Assembly: GCA_033549025.1 (NCBI GenBank)
Contig: JAWSUS010000008.1
Coordinates: 32,001 to 96,000 of the forward strand
Source: Desulfuromonadales bacterium
GTDB lineage: Bacteria > Desulfobacterota > Desulfuromonadia > Desulfuromonadales > SZUA-540
Direction: 5' to 3'
DNA length: 64,000 nucleotides
Shown here: piece by piece, positions 27,132-37,249 of the stretch
Position numbering within the stretch: the first letter of the stretch is position 1
How the letters are laid out: every line of letters begins with the position of its first letter
The notes under the pieces: model-generated
Databases searched by the model: none
Seen by the model: the letters and a program-made list of their open reading frames with translations, nothing else
Told to the model about the DNA's origin: nothing
Translations under genes and position numbers: made by a program

Positions 27132-30100
27132 TGTTTGCGTTTGCTCCAGCTTTGCGGGGTATGGACGATGTCCTCCACCTTGCGCCCGTCGGGCAGTTTC
27201 TTGATGCCGCGCCGGGTGAAACTCTGGATGATCTCCCGGCGTTCGTTGTCGCTTCTGGCCACGATGAACTCGATGTTGTCCAGTAGCGTCACCGAGTATT
27301 TGAAGATGGTCTCGTTGCCATGGCGCTGCGAGAACCGCTTCCAATCATCGATGCTGGCTCCCCGGTTGCGCTGCACGTAGTCGTCAATCACCTTGCCGTA
27401 GGCGTCATGGTCATAGCTGATGGCGTCCATGCGCCGCAGCATCTGTTTCTTGAAGTAGAGGGCCGGTGAGGCGTCGCTGGCCGGTTGCTTCTTGATTCGG
27501 GTGAAGAAATAGCTCGCGCCGCCGGTCTGCATGTCGGCCACCGGGGACATTCCGCCCGGAGCCACGCCCATGCGCATCTTCTCGACCGTGCTGACCATGG
27601 CTCCGTTGTTCTCCATGATCAAGTCGATGAAGCCGGACATGCTCTCGCCGTTGGTCAGATCGTGGACCAGCGAATAGCCCTTCATCTGTTTTTCCAGCTC
27701 CTCATCGGTGATGTCGAACCGGAACTGGTGCCGGTATCCGCCCTTGGCGTCGCGGTCCAGAAAACCCGCCTGGTATTCGCCCAGCGGGTTGTATCCGGAA
27801 AGCTGGGTGATGTCCTGAACTCCCAGTTCCTTTTGCCAATAGCCGCGCAGAGCCTGGACCCGCTCGGTGGTGGTGGCATTGCGGTCGTCGAGGGATTTCT
27901 GCAGTCGTTTGTAGTCGGCGCTCTTGTCGGTCTTGCGGATGTAGGCGAGCTTTTCGAGATACATCTGCTCGGCGTTTTCCGCCGTGGCCACCCGGGTATC
28001 GATCCCAAGCTGTTCGAGCTTTTCCAGCATCGCCTCGACCCGTCCAGGGGTGGCGTCGCCGTCCAGGATCATTTCCAGCTCGCCGCGCTGGGCATAGAGG
28101 TTGGTGTCGGACCAGGGGCGATAGCGGACCCGGGTGCCGTCCTCGAAGGTGACGGTGTACTGGTGCCCGTCCTGCATGCGGGAGTTGTGATTGAACAGCG
28201 TCCGGTTGTCGATGTCGTCGGCCTCGACGGTAATGGTGCCGGACCCGATCCTGCGCTTGGTATGGGTCACCTTGCCACGTTCCACCTTGAACGGCGGTTT
28301 CTCCTTGGGTTTCTGCGCGTCGAGCTTGGGCAAGTACTGATCGAATACGCCGTTGGTGGCCCGGTCCCAGTCGACGGACTCTTCGATCTCCTTGACCCAT
28401 TTCAGATAGTGGTCCGCCATCTCCTTGACCTTGGGGTCGGCGCTCTTTTGCAGGGTCTCCAGTTTCTTGCGCAGGCGCAGGGCCTTGTCGATCTTGGTCC
28501 GGTTGTACTTGCCGTCGCCCACGTGGAAGTTGACGTTTTTGACGGCGTCCAGAATCGTCGGAAAGAAGCTGTCTTCGACCAGCGGTTGTCCCTTTTCCCC
28601 GGCCGCCGTCTGCACATACCTGCGCAGCACCTCGTCGATGCGGCGATCAGTGTCCGGCCGGATCTTCATCTTGACCACGGTGCGCTTCTTCCCCTTGAAG
28701 CTCTCGGTGAAGATCAGCGCGTTCTGGTCCTCCACGTCGCCGCTGTCGAAGGGCAGCGTCTTGCCCTGCCAGCCGAGTTTGCGGGCCTCCTCGACCAGGG
28801 TCTCTTCGGCGGAGGAGAGCAACTTTTTCTTCCCGGTGGCGGCGCTCAGCTTGTCGAAACGGAAGCCCCGATCCCCCAGCACATCGGCGTAATAGCCTTC
28901 GAAGTCCCGCCTGAGATTGTGTTTCCGCTCCAAGACCAGATCATAGAAATGCCGCAGCCCGGCCGGGTCCTTGGAAAACCGTCCCTCGGCGTAGGGCCGC
29001 AGCAGATCGAGGTAATCCTCGTCGGCGATCTTTTCGACTTCCTGGATGTAGCGAAAGGTCGGGTTCGGATCGACCCGTACCTTCCCTTCCTTGGCCGCCC
29101 GGAAGACCTTGTTGTAAAACGGCTCTTCCTCGCCGCAGACACCGTTGGGGTGATAGTCGAGCGAGAGCTTGTCCTGCCCCAGAAACTTGAATGCCTGGCC
29201 TTTGTCGATGCCGTAGACGCGACCGTCCCGGGCGCGGATGAACTGCTTGGAATGTCCGTCGTGGTTGGCGATCAGCCAGTCGACCACATGCTCGCGCTGG
29301 ATCTGCTCCAGTTCGATGGTGGTCAGATCCTGGGGCAGGATGTTGCGAAAATCGAAGTCGTCCCGCAGATCGGTGCGCCATTTCTGGATGGAGCCGGTGC
29401 GGCCGTTCAATTGGATGGTGCGCACCTCGATGGAATGGGGGTCGATCAGGCGGCCAATCTTGTAGGCTGCTTCCTCTCCGAAGGCGATGAACTCATCGTC
29501 CTTGCGGCCAACGGGCTTGAACAGCCATTTGTCGCCGTTTTCGTCGGTCCAGAACTCCTTTTCATGTGCGCCGCCGACAGCGGCCTTGCCGGTTTTCTTG
29601 AATTTTGACGGCAGACCTTTCTGCTGCCACGCTGAATCGACTGTGGCGAACTCCGCGCCTTTCTTGCCGATCTTGGCCTCGGGCGGCTTGACCGGGCTCG
29701 GCTGTGGAGCCGGTTTCGGCGGATCTTTCTTCGGCGTGGCGGGCTTGGCAGGAGCGGTTTTCTTCTTGCCGCCATGCTTTTCGGCCCAGGCGGCGTGCTT
29801 GGTGTCGATGCTGGCCTGAACCGCCTTGATTTTCGCGGGATCGGTCTCGGTGAAGAGCGTGGTCAGCTCGTCTTTGTTGGCCCACTGCCAATACTGGACC
29901 TTGGTCTCCTTGGCGAGCGTCTTGAGTTCCGTCGATTTCAGCTTGCCGACCTGGTCCTGGAAGAGCTGTTTCTTGAGGGCGATTTCCTTGCTGTGGGCTG
30001 CAAGCAGATCCTGGGGCAGATCGGTGCCGCCGGAAACCGCCTGTTCCGCCTTGGCAATCGCGTCGAGGAAATCCTTGTAGCCGGTTGGCGTGTCGGGAAC

Positions 30101-31717
30101 GACCACGGCCTTGGCGGCGTCTTCGAGGGCCGTTTTCTGTTTCAGGATCAACTTCTGCTTGGCCTCGTCGACCGCCTTTTTCTTGACCGACTCGGCCATG
30201 TCGGCACCGGCCTTCTTCTGCAGCGCCTCGACGAGCTGCTGTTTGTTCTTGAGGATGCCGATGCCGTGCTTCTGTTTGGCCGCCGCGAGTTCCTTGCCCA
30301 TCAGGCCGCTGTGGTCCACACCGGGCTCCAGCTTATCCAGCAGCTCGATGGTCTCCTGTTTGGTCATGTTGAGGGAGATGCCGTTCTCCTTCGCCATCTC
30401 CTTGAGCTGCTGGGCAGTCATGCCCCCCAGCCCCTCGGCGGGAGGGATCTTCGCCATCTGGGCGGCGAGCAGCTTGGCCTGTTTGAGTTCCGCCTGCTTC
30501 AGTCCGAGCAGCTCGACCAGTTCTTCCTTGGTCCGCAGCAGACCGATCTTATGTTCCTTGAGCTTGGCGCTGAGCGCCGCTCCGGCCAGGTCGCCGTGAT
30601 CGATCCCGGGTTCGGCCAGATCGAGCAACTTGATGAAATCGGCCTTGGTCCGGGCGATGGCCACGCCGTTCTGTTTCGCCAGGGTCTGGAGCTGTTTGAC
30701 CGTCAGCGAGCCGAGGTCGGCGATGTCGCCGTTTTCAAAGGCGCTCTTGAGCTTGGCATTCTCCTTGGCTTGGGCGTCGGCCATGCCTTCCAGTACGTGG
30801 GGCGGGAGAATGCAGGCGTCCCCCTGAGATGCCTGTGCGGCTGCCTTGGCGGCCATCTCGCTGCCGCAGACGGTCATCGGCCAAGCCACGATATTTGTGC
30901 AGCGGCAGTGCGGATGCGCGGGTTGCTGGGGGAACTTGTCGATTAGAAAGATCTTGCCGTCCAGGCCGCCGCAGACCGGGCACATGCGCTCGTCCTCCAT
31001 GGCCAGCCATTCCAGCTTCTGGATGCCGACCCGCTCGTGGAACTTGAGCCTGCCCATGTTGTGGGCGCGGAGGACCTCGGTGCGGGCGATCATCTCCATG
31101 CGGTACTGCGCCTTGCTGAACACCCGGCTTCCGGCCTGACGAAAGGAATCCTTGTCGATGATCACCTTGCCCATGTCCCGGACGATGTCGTCGGCTCCCT
31201 TGCCCGTGGCGACGCCGTTCAGGATGGTGCGCTTGATGCCGTCTGCGAGTTCGCGGTGGACGTCACCGGCGAGCGTGAGGTTGTACTGAGCCATGAAGTC
31301 GAGGGCGTTGGTGTCGACAATGGTGAACACATTGGTGGCCAACTTGTCGATGCCCTCGGGCTTCAGGTCGGCGTAGAACGGCAGCGCCGCGTCGGCGAGC
31401 TCTCCGATTCCCTGCTGGATGCCGAGCTTGAAGGAGTCCTTGGTCGTCTTGCGAAAGACCAGGGTCTGCTCCCGCTTGAGCCGCTTCATGGTGTCGTCGA
31501 GTTCGAGCTGGAGCTTTTCCAGCCCCTTGAGCGCGGCGAGCTTGTTGTCCGGCAGGGAGCCGAGGGAGCGGTACTGGAGAATGGCGCGGGCGACCTCGTC
31601 TTCGGCCTGTTTCAGCGCCTGGGTGAGCTGGGCCGTGACCTGGTCGTTGTAGCGGTTGCGGGCCGTCAGGCTTTTCAGGGTGGCGACCTGGATGCGCTGC
31701 TTGAGGTCCGATGGCAT
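27128..31717 (-). CDS. MuF/SPP1 gp7 minor head protein fused to helical repeats, a kinase-like domain and a C-terminal enzymatic domain
   Basis: IARTE...CPVCGGLDG...PAHPHCRC; WLFKP, DWLIANHDGH, IDKGQAF; 1529 aa; follows portal. Confidence 0.85.
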   Translation of the reverse strand: MPSDLKQRIQVATLKSLTARNRYNDQVTAQLTQALKQAEDEVARAILQYRSLGSLPDNKLAALKGLEKLQLELDDTMKRLKREQTLVFRKTTKDSFKLGIQQGIGELADAALPFYADLKPEGIDKLATNVFTIVDTNALDFMAQYNLTLAGDVHRELADGIKRTILNGVATGKGADDIVRDMGKVIIDKDSFRQAGSRVFSKAQYRMEMIARTEVLRAHNMGRLKFHERVGIQKLEWLAMEDERMCPVCGGLDGKIFLIDKFPQQPAHPHCRCTNIVAWPMTVCGSEMAAKAAAQASQGDACILPPHVLEGMADAQAKENAKLKSAFENGDIADLGSLTVKQLQTLAKQNGVAIARTKADFIKLLDLAEPGIDHGDLAGAALSAKLKEHKIGLLRTKEELVELLGLKQAELKQAKLLAAQMAKIPPAEGLGGMTAQQLKEMAKENGISLNMTKQETIELLDKLEPGVDHSGLMGKELAAAKQKHGIGILKNKQQLVEALQKKAGADMAESVKKKAVDEAKQKLILKQKTALEDAAKAVVVPDTPTGYKDFLDAIAKAEQAVSGGTDLPQDLLAAHSKEIALKKQLFQDQVGKLKSTELKTLAKETKVQYWQWANKDELTTLFTETDPAKIKAVQASIDTKHAAWAEKHGGKKKTAPAKPATPKKDPPKPAPQPSPVKPPEAKIGKKGAEFATVDSAWQQKGLPSKFKKTGKAAVGGAHEKEFWTDENGDKWLFKPVGRKDDEFIAFGEEAAYKIGRLIDPHSIEVRTIQLNGRTGSIQKWRTDLRDDFDFRNILPQDLTTIELEQIQREHVVDWLIANHDGHSKQFIRARDGRVYGIDKGQAFKFLGQDKLSLDYHPNGVCGEEEPFYNKVFRAAKEGKVRVDPNPTFRYIQEVEKIADEDYLDLLRPYAEGRFSKDPAGLRHFYDLVLERKHNLRRDFEGYYADVLGDRGFRFDKLSAATGKKKLLSSAEETLVEEARKLGWQGKTLPFDSGDVEDQNALIFTESFKGKKRTVVKMKIRPDTDRRIDEVLRRYVQTAAGEKGQPLVEDSFFPTILDAVKNVNFHVGDGKYNRTKIDKALRLRKKLETLQKSADPKVKEMADHYLKWVKEIEESVDWDRATNGVFDQYLPKLDAQKPKEKPPFKVERGKVTHTKRRIGSGTITVEADDIDNRTLFNHNSRMQDGHQYTVTFEDGTRVRYRPWSDTNLYAQRGELEMILDGDATPGRVEAMLEKLEQLGIDTRVATAENAEQMYLEKLAYIRKTDKSADYKRLQKSLDDRNATTTERVQALRGYWQKELGVQDITQLSGYNPLGEYQAGFLDRDAKGGYRHQFRFDITDEELEKQMKGYSLVHDLTNGESMSGFIDLIMENNGAMVSTVEKMRMGVAPGGMSPVADMQTGGASYFFTRIKKQPASDASPALYFKKQMLRRMDAISYDHDAYGKVIDDYVQRNRGASIDDWKRFSQRHGNETIFKYSVTLLDNIEFIVARSDNERREIIQSFTRRGIKKLPDGRKVEDIVHTPQSWSKRKQ

Positions 31718-33225
31718 CAGCGGAGCTCCCGGCGGTCGATGAAGCGACAGGCCGGGGCGTCGAAGGTGCGCTCGCTGTTGTGGACCCGGCAGTGGTTGGT
31801 GTCAGCAATGAAGTGGCTGCACTCGTCGCACACGGCCGCATCGCCGGTGGACTCCAGGTCGCCCGACCAGACCAATGCCGCCTCCGCCGTGGGTTCATCG
31901 TCCTCGGCCGGAATCCCGAGCATCTTCCGGGCGCGAGGCACGCTGAGGATGCCGGAGACGACCATATCCACCACCGGCTTCACCTGCTTCTCGTCCATCA
32001 GGTCGATCTGCTTACGTTCGGTCTCGCGGTTGGCTGCCTCGATGTCCGGGTCCAGGTCCATCTTGAGCTGAAGGCTGGAGCGGCTGATGAGCTTGCGGTC
32101 GTAGAGTTCGATGAGGAGCTTCTTGAAATCGACCGCGTCGCTTGGGTCGAGGTCGTTGAAGATGAACTGGATGCTTTTGTCGCCGTGGCCGTTCAGCTCC
32201 ATCCAGTCGTCGAACACCCAGTCGAGGAGCTTGCGGGCGGCCTGTTTGATCTCGCGGATCATGACCATCATCTTCTGCATGCTCACCGAGGCGGTGGCGA
32301 AATTCGGGCCGTCTCCGGTCACCAGCGAGCGTGACAGCCCCAGGGCCACCACGATGTCTTCCTTTACCTCTTTGACCTTGTCCTCGACGTTGAGGACCTG
32401 ACCGTCGGTGCCGTGGGTTTCGACGTTGACGTAGAACGGGACCACCAGGCCGCTTTTCATATCCATCTTGTTGACCATGTCGCGAACCTGTTCGAGCATC
32501 CGCTGGTCCGGCATCACCATCTTCTGGCCGAACGCGCCGCCCACCTTGAGCAGGCGAAAGGGCGTGGCCCAGCGCTTGGCGATGGCCTGTTCGGCCCGGC
32601 GGTAGTCGCGCAGCAGTTCGATGGCTTGAAATGCGGGAAGCACGAGGGAGTTACCCCGGGGCGAGAAGGCCGGAGCATCCCATTTGAGGTGGACCACCTG
32701 TTCGACGGGCAGCGGGATGGATTCCCCGCCGCCGGGGGTGTCCTCGGGAAATTGCCGGGCCTCGATCAGCTCGCCCTGGGCGTATTTGACTTTGACCGAA
32801 ACCGGGTTGACGCAGACCAGTTCCTCGATGTCCTGGCCGGACTTGGTGAAGCGCTTGAAGCCGATGGCGTCACCTTTCACCAGGAGCTGAAGAACCATGT
32901 CCTTGATGAATTGCGTGATGTTCAACCGCCAGGCGGCCTCCAGTGCCTGCTCCTTGAGGGTCTCGTCATCGCTGGTGATCTTGATCTCGTCGCCCACGGC
33001 GAAGGTGCGCCAGGAGTTGACGCAATTCTTCACCAGCGGCTCCTCGACGTAGTATTCCCAGGCCTTACGGGCGCGTTCTTCCCAGGTGGCCGGAATAGCC
33101 TCGGCGGCGTTGACCTTGCTGAAGGCCGCCGAGTCGAGCGCGGCCGCTGCGGCCAGCGGCGCGATGACAAAGCCGGTGGTGTCCAGGCTTTCGGGTTGTT
33201 CGTCCTGATGGGCGGTGCTTTCCAC
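31717..33225 (-). CDS. Portal protein
   Basis: Between terminase and MuF; LLVKGDA, VVHLK...PRGNS, GPNFATA; probable GTG start at 33225 with GAGG. Confidence 0.85.
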   Translation of the reverse strand: MESTAHQDEQPESLDTTGFVIAPLAAAAALDSAAFSKVNAAEAIPATWEERARKAWEYYVEEPLVKNCVNSWRTFAVGDEIKITSDDETLKEQALEAAWRLNITQFIKDMVLQLLVKGDAIGFKRFTKSGQDIEELVCVNPVSVKVKYAQGELIEARQFPEDTPGGGESIPLPVEQVVHLKWDAPAFSPRGNSLVLPAFQAIELLRDYRRAEQAIAKRWATPFRLLKVGGAFGQKMVMPDQRMLEQVRDMVNKMDMKSGLVVPFYVNVETHGTDGQVLNVEDKVKEVKEDIVVALGLSRSLVTGDGPNFATASVSMQKMMVMIREIKQAARKLLDWVFDDWMELNGHGDKSIQFIFNDLDPSDAVDFKKLLIELYDRKLISRSSLQLKMDLDPDIEAANRETERKQIDLMDEKQVKPVVDMVVSGILSVPRARKMLGIPAEDDEPTAEAALVWSGDLESTGDAAVCDECSHFIADTNHCRVHNSERTFDAPACRFIDRRELR

Positions 33226-33299
33226 GTGATCCTCTCGGTAGTTTCGGCCATGACAGCCACACATCCGGCCCGTGTGGGCCGAACCCGGCTCGATGCCGG

Positions 33300-33330
33300 T
33301 TACTTACCGGAGCGGGGTGGAAAGCGTCGG
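33300..33330 (-). promoter_or_regulatory. Phage promoter motif upstream of portal
   Basis: CCGAC-N15-CCGGTAAGTAA. Confidence 0.8.
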
Positions 33331-33339
33331 AGGATGCGA

Positions 33340-34863
33340 TCAGATGAAGACCGGATTGGTGAGCACGGGTTTGAGCGAAACCACCTCTTCGCCGACCGGG
33401 TCGAGGTTACCTTCTTCCCGGATCAGCATGGCGCATCGCACCGCGTCGATGATGTGGTCGTTGCCCTTGGAATAGATGATCTTGCCGTCCCGCAGGGTGT
33501 AGGTGTGGGTGGTGAATTGGTCTTCCACCTCCAGGTCGTCCGAGGGGAAAATGACCTGCTTACGCTGTAGGGCTCCGTTGATGAGGCTGGTCATCAGCTC
33601 CTTGGTTCGCTTCTTGATTTCCTTTCCGTCCCGCACCGCCAGCCGGGTCATGCCGCCGAAGTCGTATCCCTTGAGCCTGCCTTCCAGCTCCAGCCCTTTG
33701 TACTTGTCCAGGGTGAGCAGCTCCTGAACCACCGCCAGACCGTTTCCGCCGTTGTCCACGCCGATGCCCGCCGGGGTGTAGTAACGCTCCAGCAGCGCGA
33801 TGATCTGGGCGATGTGCGGATAGGAAACGTGTTCAAGATGCACGCGCAGGATCATCTTCAGCAGCGTCCGCTCGCCGATCTCCGTCTCCTGGAATACGAC
33901 GATCTCGGTGGGGTCGTTGGTGTAGCCCAGGTCGCCGCCAACCCAGAACTGCCCGCTGCGGGGCGTGAGGTTGAGCAGCATCTCCAGCCGGTCGTGGGCC
34001 GCTTCCTCAGTGTCGCAATCGCGCAGCTCGGAATCGGTGATGACGATCTTCTGATACTCCAGCAGATCTTGCCGACAGAGGTTGAACTGTTCGACATTGA
34101 AGGCCCCATAGGAGGGCTTGCCGTGTTCACCGGCCACTTCGTGCTGCCAGCCGGAACTGTCGCGGCCGCCGTAGAACTCCAGCAGTTCGGCCTCGCGATC
34201 CTCAGTCCAAAGAGGGTTGAGCCAGGACGGCCAGCGGAACACATGGAACTGCACCGACGAGGTGAGCCGGTAATAGGTGGTGTCGCGCAGGCCGTTGGGC
34301 GTGGAGTAGATGCGTAGCGTCCCCCCGGCCTTGAGGCACTGGCGCAGCGCCTTCCAGGCCCGTTCGGTCAGCCAGGCTCCTTCATCGACCCAGACGCGGC
34401 CCACGTGCAGGGACCGGAAGGCGTCGCCATAGGCCCCGGCCGGGCGGAAATAGAGCACCGAACCGTTGGTGAACTCCAGCCGGAAGTAGGGTTTGCGGTG
34501 GATCTTGGGCTTGCCGTACTTGGTCAGGGCAATGCTGTTCATCAGATCCGGGTTGGTGTCGAGCTGGAACTCGATCTCCTCGATGATGGTATCGAGGTGG
34601 CCCTGGTGCGGAGCCGCGATGAGGCCCTGGCCGCCTCGGGTGGTGAAGGCGTAATGGAGCGCGTCGGTCGAGAGCACGATGGACTTGCCCACGTCCCGGC
34701 CGTCGAGGTGAATGATGTTCTTGGCCGGGCAACGCAGGTCCTCCACCTGGTGCGGCCAGTAGTCGCGGCCTGAGCCATCCCGGTTGTAGAGATAGGCTTG
34801 CCCCCACAACACGGGGTCGCTCAGGGTTGCCGCGAGTTTGCGCTCCTTGTCGGTTACCGCCAT
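33340..34863 (-). CDS. Terminase large subunit
   Basis: GRDVGKS Walker A, VWVDE Walker B, YSTPNG, GGDLG, DHIIDAVR; start ATG 34863. Confidence 0.93.
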   Translation of the reverse strand: MAVTDKERKLAATLSDPVLWGQAYLYNRDGSGRDYWPHQVEDLRCPAKNIIHLDGRDVGKSIVLSTDALHYAFTTRGGQGLIAAPHQGHLDTIIEEIEFQLDTNPDLMNSIALTKYGKPKIHRKPYFRLEFTNGSVLYFRPAGAYGDAFRSLHVGRVWVDEGAWLTERAWKALRQCLKAGGTLRIYSTPNGLRDTTYYRLTSSVQFHVFRWPSWLNPLWTEDREAELLEFYGGRDSSGWQHEVAGEHGKPSYGAFNVEQFNLCRQDLLEYQKIVITDSELRDCDTEEAAHDRLEMLLNLTPRSGQFWVGGDLGYTNDPTEIVVFQETEIGERTLLKMILRVHLEHVSYPHIAQIIALLERYYTPAGIGVDNGGNGLAVVQELLTLDKYKGLELEGRLKGYDFGGMTRLAVRDGKEIKKRTKELMTSLINGALQRKQVIFPSDDLEVEDQFTTHTYTLRDGKIIYSKGNDHIIDAVRCAMLIREEGNLDPVGEEVVSLKPVLTNPVFI

Positions 34864-35141
34864 CAGTGCATTCCTGTCCTCAAGGCGTTGCCGAGGATGG
34901 TGCCCACCAGTTCCGTCAGGATCTGCTGCACGGCCAGGGTGTTCTTCCGGTCGTGGACAGCTTCCTGAATGTCGATGATGGCCTGGTCCAACTCCGCCCA
35001 AGCCAGGTACTGCTGCTGGGCCGCTTCCAGACGGCCGAGGGCGTTCTCTATCCGTCCCGCCGCCAGCTCGGTGCCGATTTCGACCAGGGCCTCACCGGCC
35101 TGGCGGACGGCATCGCTGTTTTCCTGAAGGATCTCTTTCAT
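34863..35141 (-). CDS. Hypothetical helical protein
   Basis: Translationally coupled ORF, 92 aa. Confidence 0.6.
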   Translation of the reverse strand: MKEILQENSDAVRQAGEALVEIGTELAAGRIENALGRLEAAQQQYLAWAELDQAIIDIQEAVHDRKNTLAVQQILTELVGTILGNALRTGMH

Positions 35142-35410
35142 TGGCCTGCCTCCTGGTTCGAGCCGTTGGCCCACTGGTCAAGGGCGTCCACGGCGGTCTG
35201 CAGGCGCAGGCCGACACCGGTCAGGCGCTCGGCGTCCGGGTGGCCGACCTCGCGTAGCGCCTTGTTGGCCTCGGTCACATACTCGGGTGTGTGGCGGTTG
35301 ACGGTGGCCACTGCCGACTGGATCTGGGCCGGAGGCCGGTAGGTGGCGCAGCCGGTCATGATCCCGGCAAGGACCAGCGGGATGGTCCATTCGAGTGTCT
35401 TCTTCAACAT
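35138..35410 (-). CDS. Putative lipoprotein
   Basis: MLKKTLEWTIPLVLAGIMTG-C lipobox-like signal; AAGGAG RBS. Confidence 0.7.
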   Translation of the reverse strand: MLKKTLEWTIPLVLAGIMTGCATYRPPAQIQSAVATVNRHTPEYVTEANKALREVGHPDAERLTGVGLRLQTAVDALDQWANGSNQEAGQ

Positions 35411-35550
35411 GTTGATCTCCTTTGGTTTATGGGTTTGGGGCACATGCAGAAAGATCTCTGCAAACACTTGATTTCCAACGAAATAGAAGCGTCATTGGAT
35501 GTGACGCGGGATGGTCCCGCATCCACGAAAACCGGAACCGGAGGCAGGCC

Positions 35551-35745
35551 ATGACCTACGACAGAAACCGCCAGCAGGCACTCAAGGCGTACCGAGAAAA
35601 GCAGGAGAACATCGCCCGGCTGATCGAGGGCATTCGCGGCAAGCTCGAAGCGGACGCGAAGCAGCCGGACATCACCTGGGCGAGCGTCGGCTCCCTCGGC
35701 CACGTCGAGGAACTGCTGCGGGAGCTGGACGAGTTCCTGTCCTGA
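35551..35745 (+). CDS. Small hypothetical protein
   Basis: GGAGG RBS, 64 aa, first gene of the antisense cassette. Confidence 0.65.
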   Translation: MTYDRNRQQALKAYREKQENIARLIEGIRGKLEADAKQPDITWASVGSLGHVEELLRELDEFLS

Positions 35746-35778
35746 ACACACCGGGCCACCGACAAAGGAGACATCGAC

Positions 35779-36153
35779 ATGACCGAATGCACCGTGCATC
35801 AAGCCGCCGAGGCTTTCATCGGCTACCTGCGGGAATCCGGAAAGAAAGAGCGGACCCTTTACACCTACCGGAAGGACCTCGACGCGGTGGAGGCCTTCTT
35901 CGGCGCGGATCGCCAGCTCGCCGAGATCCGGCTTCCCCAGGTCGGCAAGTTCTACAAGTCCGACCTGCTGCTCAAACTCCCTGACGGCAAGGAGCGGGCC
36001 GAGCGCACCATTGCCAAGACCGTCCGGGTGTTCCGCATGATGATGGTCTGGGCCAGGGAGTCGGGGCGCATCGAGGAGCTGCCGCTGCCCAAGAGCACGC
36101 CCATGGGCCACAGCCGGGTAAAGGAGTCCAGCGATGAGCAACCGAACGGCTGA
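35779..36153 (+). CDS. Stand-alone integrase N-terminal (SAM-like, core-binding) domain protein
   Basis: FIGYLRESGKKERTLYTYRKDL...AERTIAKTVRVFRMMMVWA; no catalytic domain. Confidence 0.75.
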   Translation: MTECTVHQAAEAFIGYLRESGKKERTLYTYRKDLDAVEAFFGADRQLAEIRLPQVGKFYKSDLLLKLPDGKERAERTIAKTVRVFRMMMVWARESGRIEELPLPKSTPMGHSRVKESSDEQPNG

Positions 36154-37048
36154 CCTCGATCTGACGGGCGCGACAGAGGCGTTCTGTGCCCGCCTGTCGG
36201 CCGAAGGACGCTCCCCGGCGACCATAGCCGCATACCGCCGGGACCTCGCCCTGGTAGTCCGCGTGGCCGGGGAGCTGGCCCCTGGGATCGTCTGCCGGGA
36301 GGTCACGGTCGGGTTCCTCGACCAGGTGTTCTCCGCCGGGGCGGTCACTGAGAGTGAGCGAGGCCCACGTTCGGCGGCCTCGCTCCATCGGATGAAGGCG
36401 GCGGTGCGGGCCTTTTTTGCCTGGGCCGCCGAGACGGGCGTGGTCGGTGACAACCCGGCCCGGTCCATCCGCATGCATCGGTTGCCAAGAAAGCTGCCAG
36501 TCTTCCTGACTACCGCCGAAAAGAAACGTCTGCTCAAGGAGCTCAAGGGGCGGACCGATTTCTCCACGCTGCGCGACCGCGCCATGATCGAGGTGTTGCT
36601 GGGCACGGGGATCAGGCTTGGCGAGCTGGCCGCGCTCGACATGGATGACATCGACCTCGACGCCAAGCATCTGCGGGTGCGGGCCAAGGGGAATGTGCCG
36701 CAGGTCAAGTTCATCAAGACCGACCTCCGCACATTGCTGCGCCGTTACCTGGCCGAGCGTCGTCGACACGGCCGCCCAGAAATGGAAGCCCTGTTCCTGT
36801 CGAACCGGGACGGCAGACTCTGCCAGCGGCAGATAGCCAACCGGCTCGCCCACTGGCTGCGGAAGGCCGGGATCGAAAAGGAACTGACGCCGCACGGGCT
36901 GCGGCATACCTTCGCCACCCACCTCTACGGCGCGACCAATGACCTGCTCGTGGTGCAGCGGGCCTTGGGGCACCGGGACGTGTCCACCACCCAGATCTAC
37001 ACCCACCTCGTGGACGGTCAGCTCGAGGAAGCCCTCGAACGCCTTTGA
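36134..37048 (+). CDS. XerC/D-like tyrosine recombinase
   Basis: RDRA..TGIRLGEL, KG, HGLRHTFAT, LGH, TTQIY: complete catalytic set. Confidence 0.93.
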   Translation: MSNRTADLDLTGATEAFCARLSAEGRSPATIAAYRRDLALVVRVAGELAPGIVCREVTVGFLDQVFSAGAVTESERGPRSAASLHRMKAAVRAFFAWAAETGVVGDNPARSIRMHRLPRKLPVFLTTAEKKRLLKELKGRTDFSTLRDRAMIEVLLGTGIRLGELAALDMDDIDLDAKHLRVRAKGNVPQVKFIKTDLRTLLRRYLAERRRHGRPEMEALFLSNRDGRLCQRQIANRLAHWLRKAGIEKELTPHGLRHTFATHLYGATNDLLVVQRALGHRDVSTTQIYTHLVDGQLEEALERL

Positions 37049-37249
37049 TCCTTCCGGACCCGACGATGGGAGCGGCCTCGGCTGCTCCTGTTTTCGTTGG
37101 GCGAGACAGTGTCGAAGACAGTGAATGACAGTGCCCGCAGAAGAACACATCCGCCGATGATGAATGATCATGACGGAGGGTCTCTACATCCCGGGTGGGG
37201 CGGGAAATATCGATTGACCGGAATTTCTCCTTCGCTGTCTGTCGGCCGC

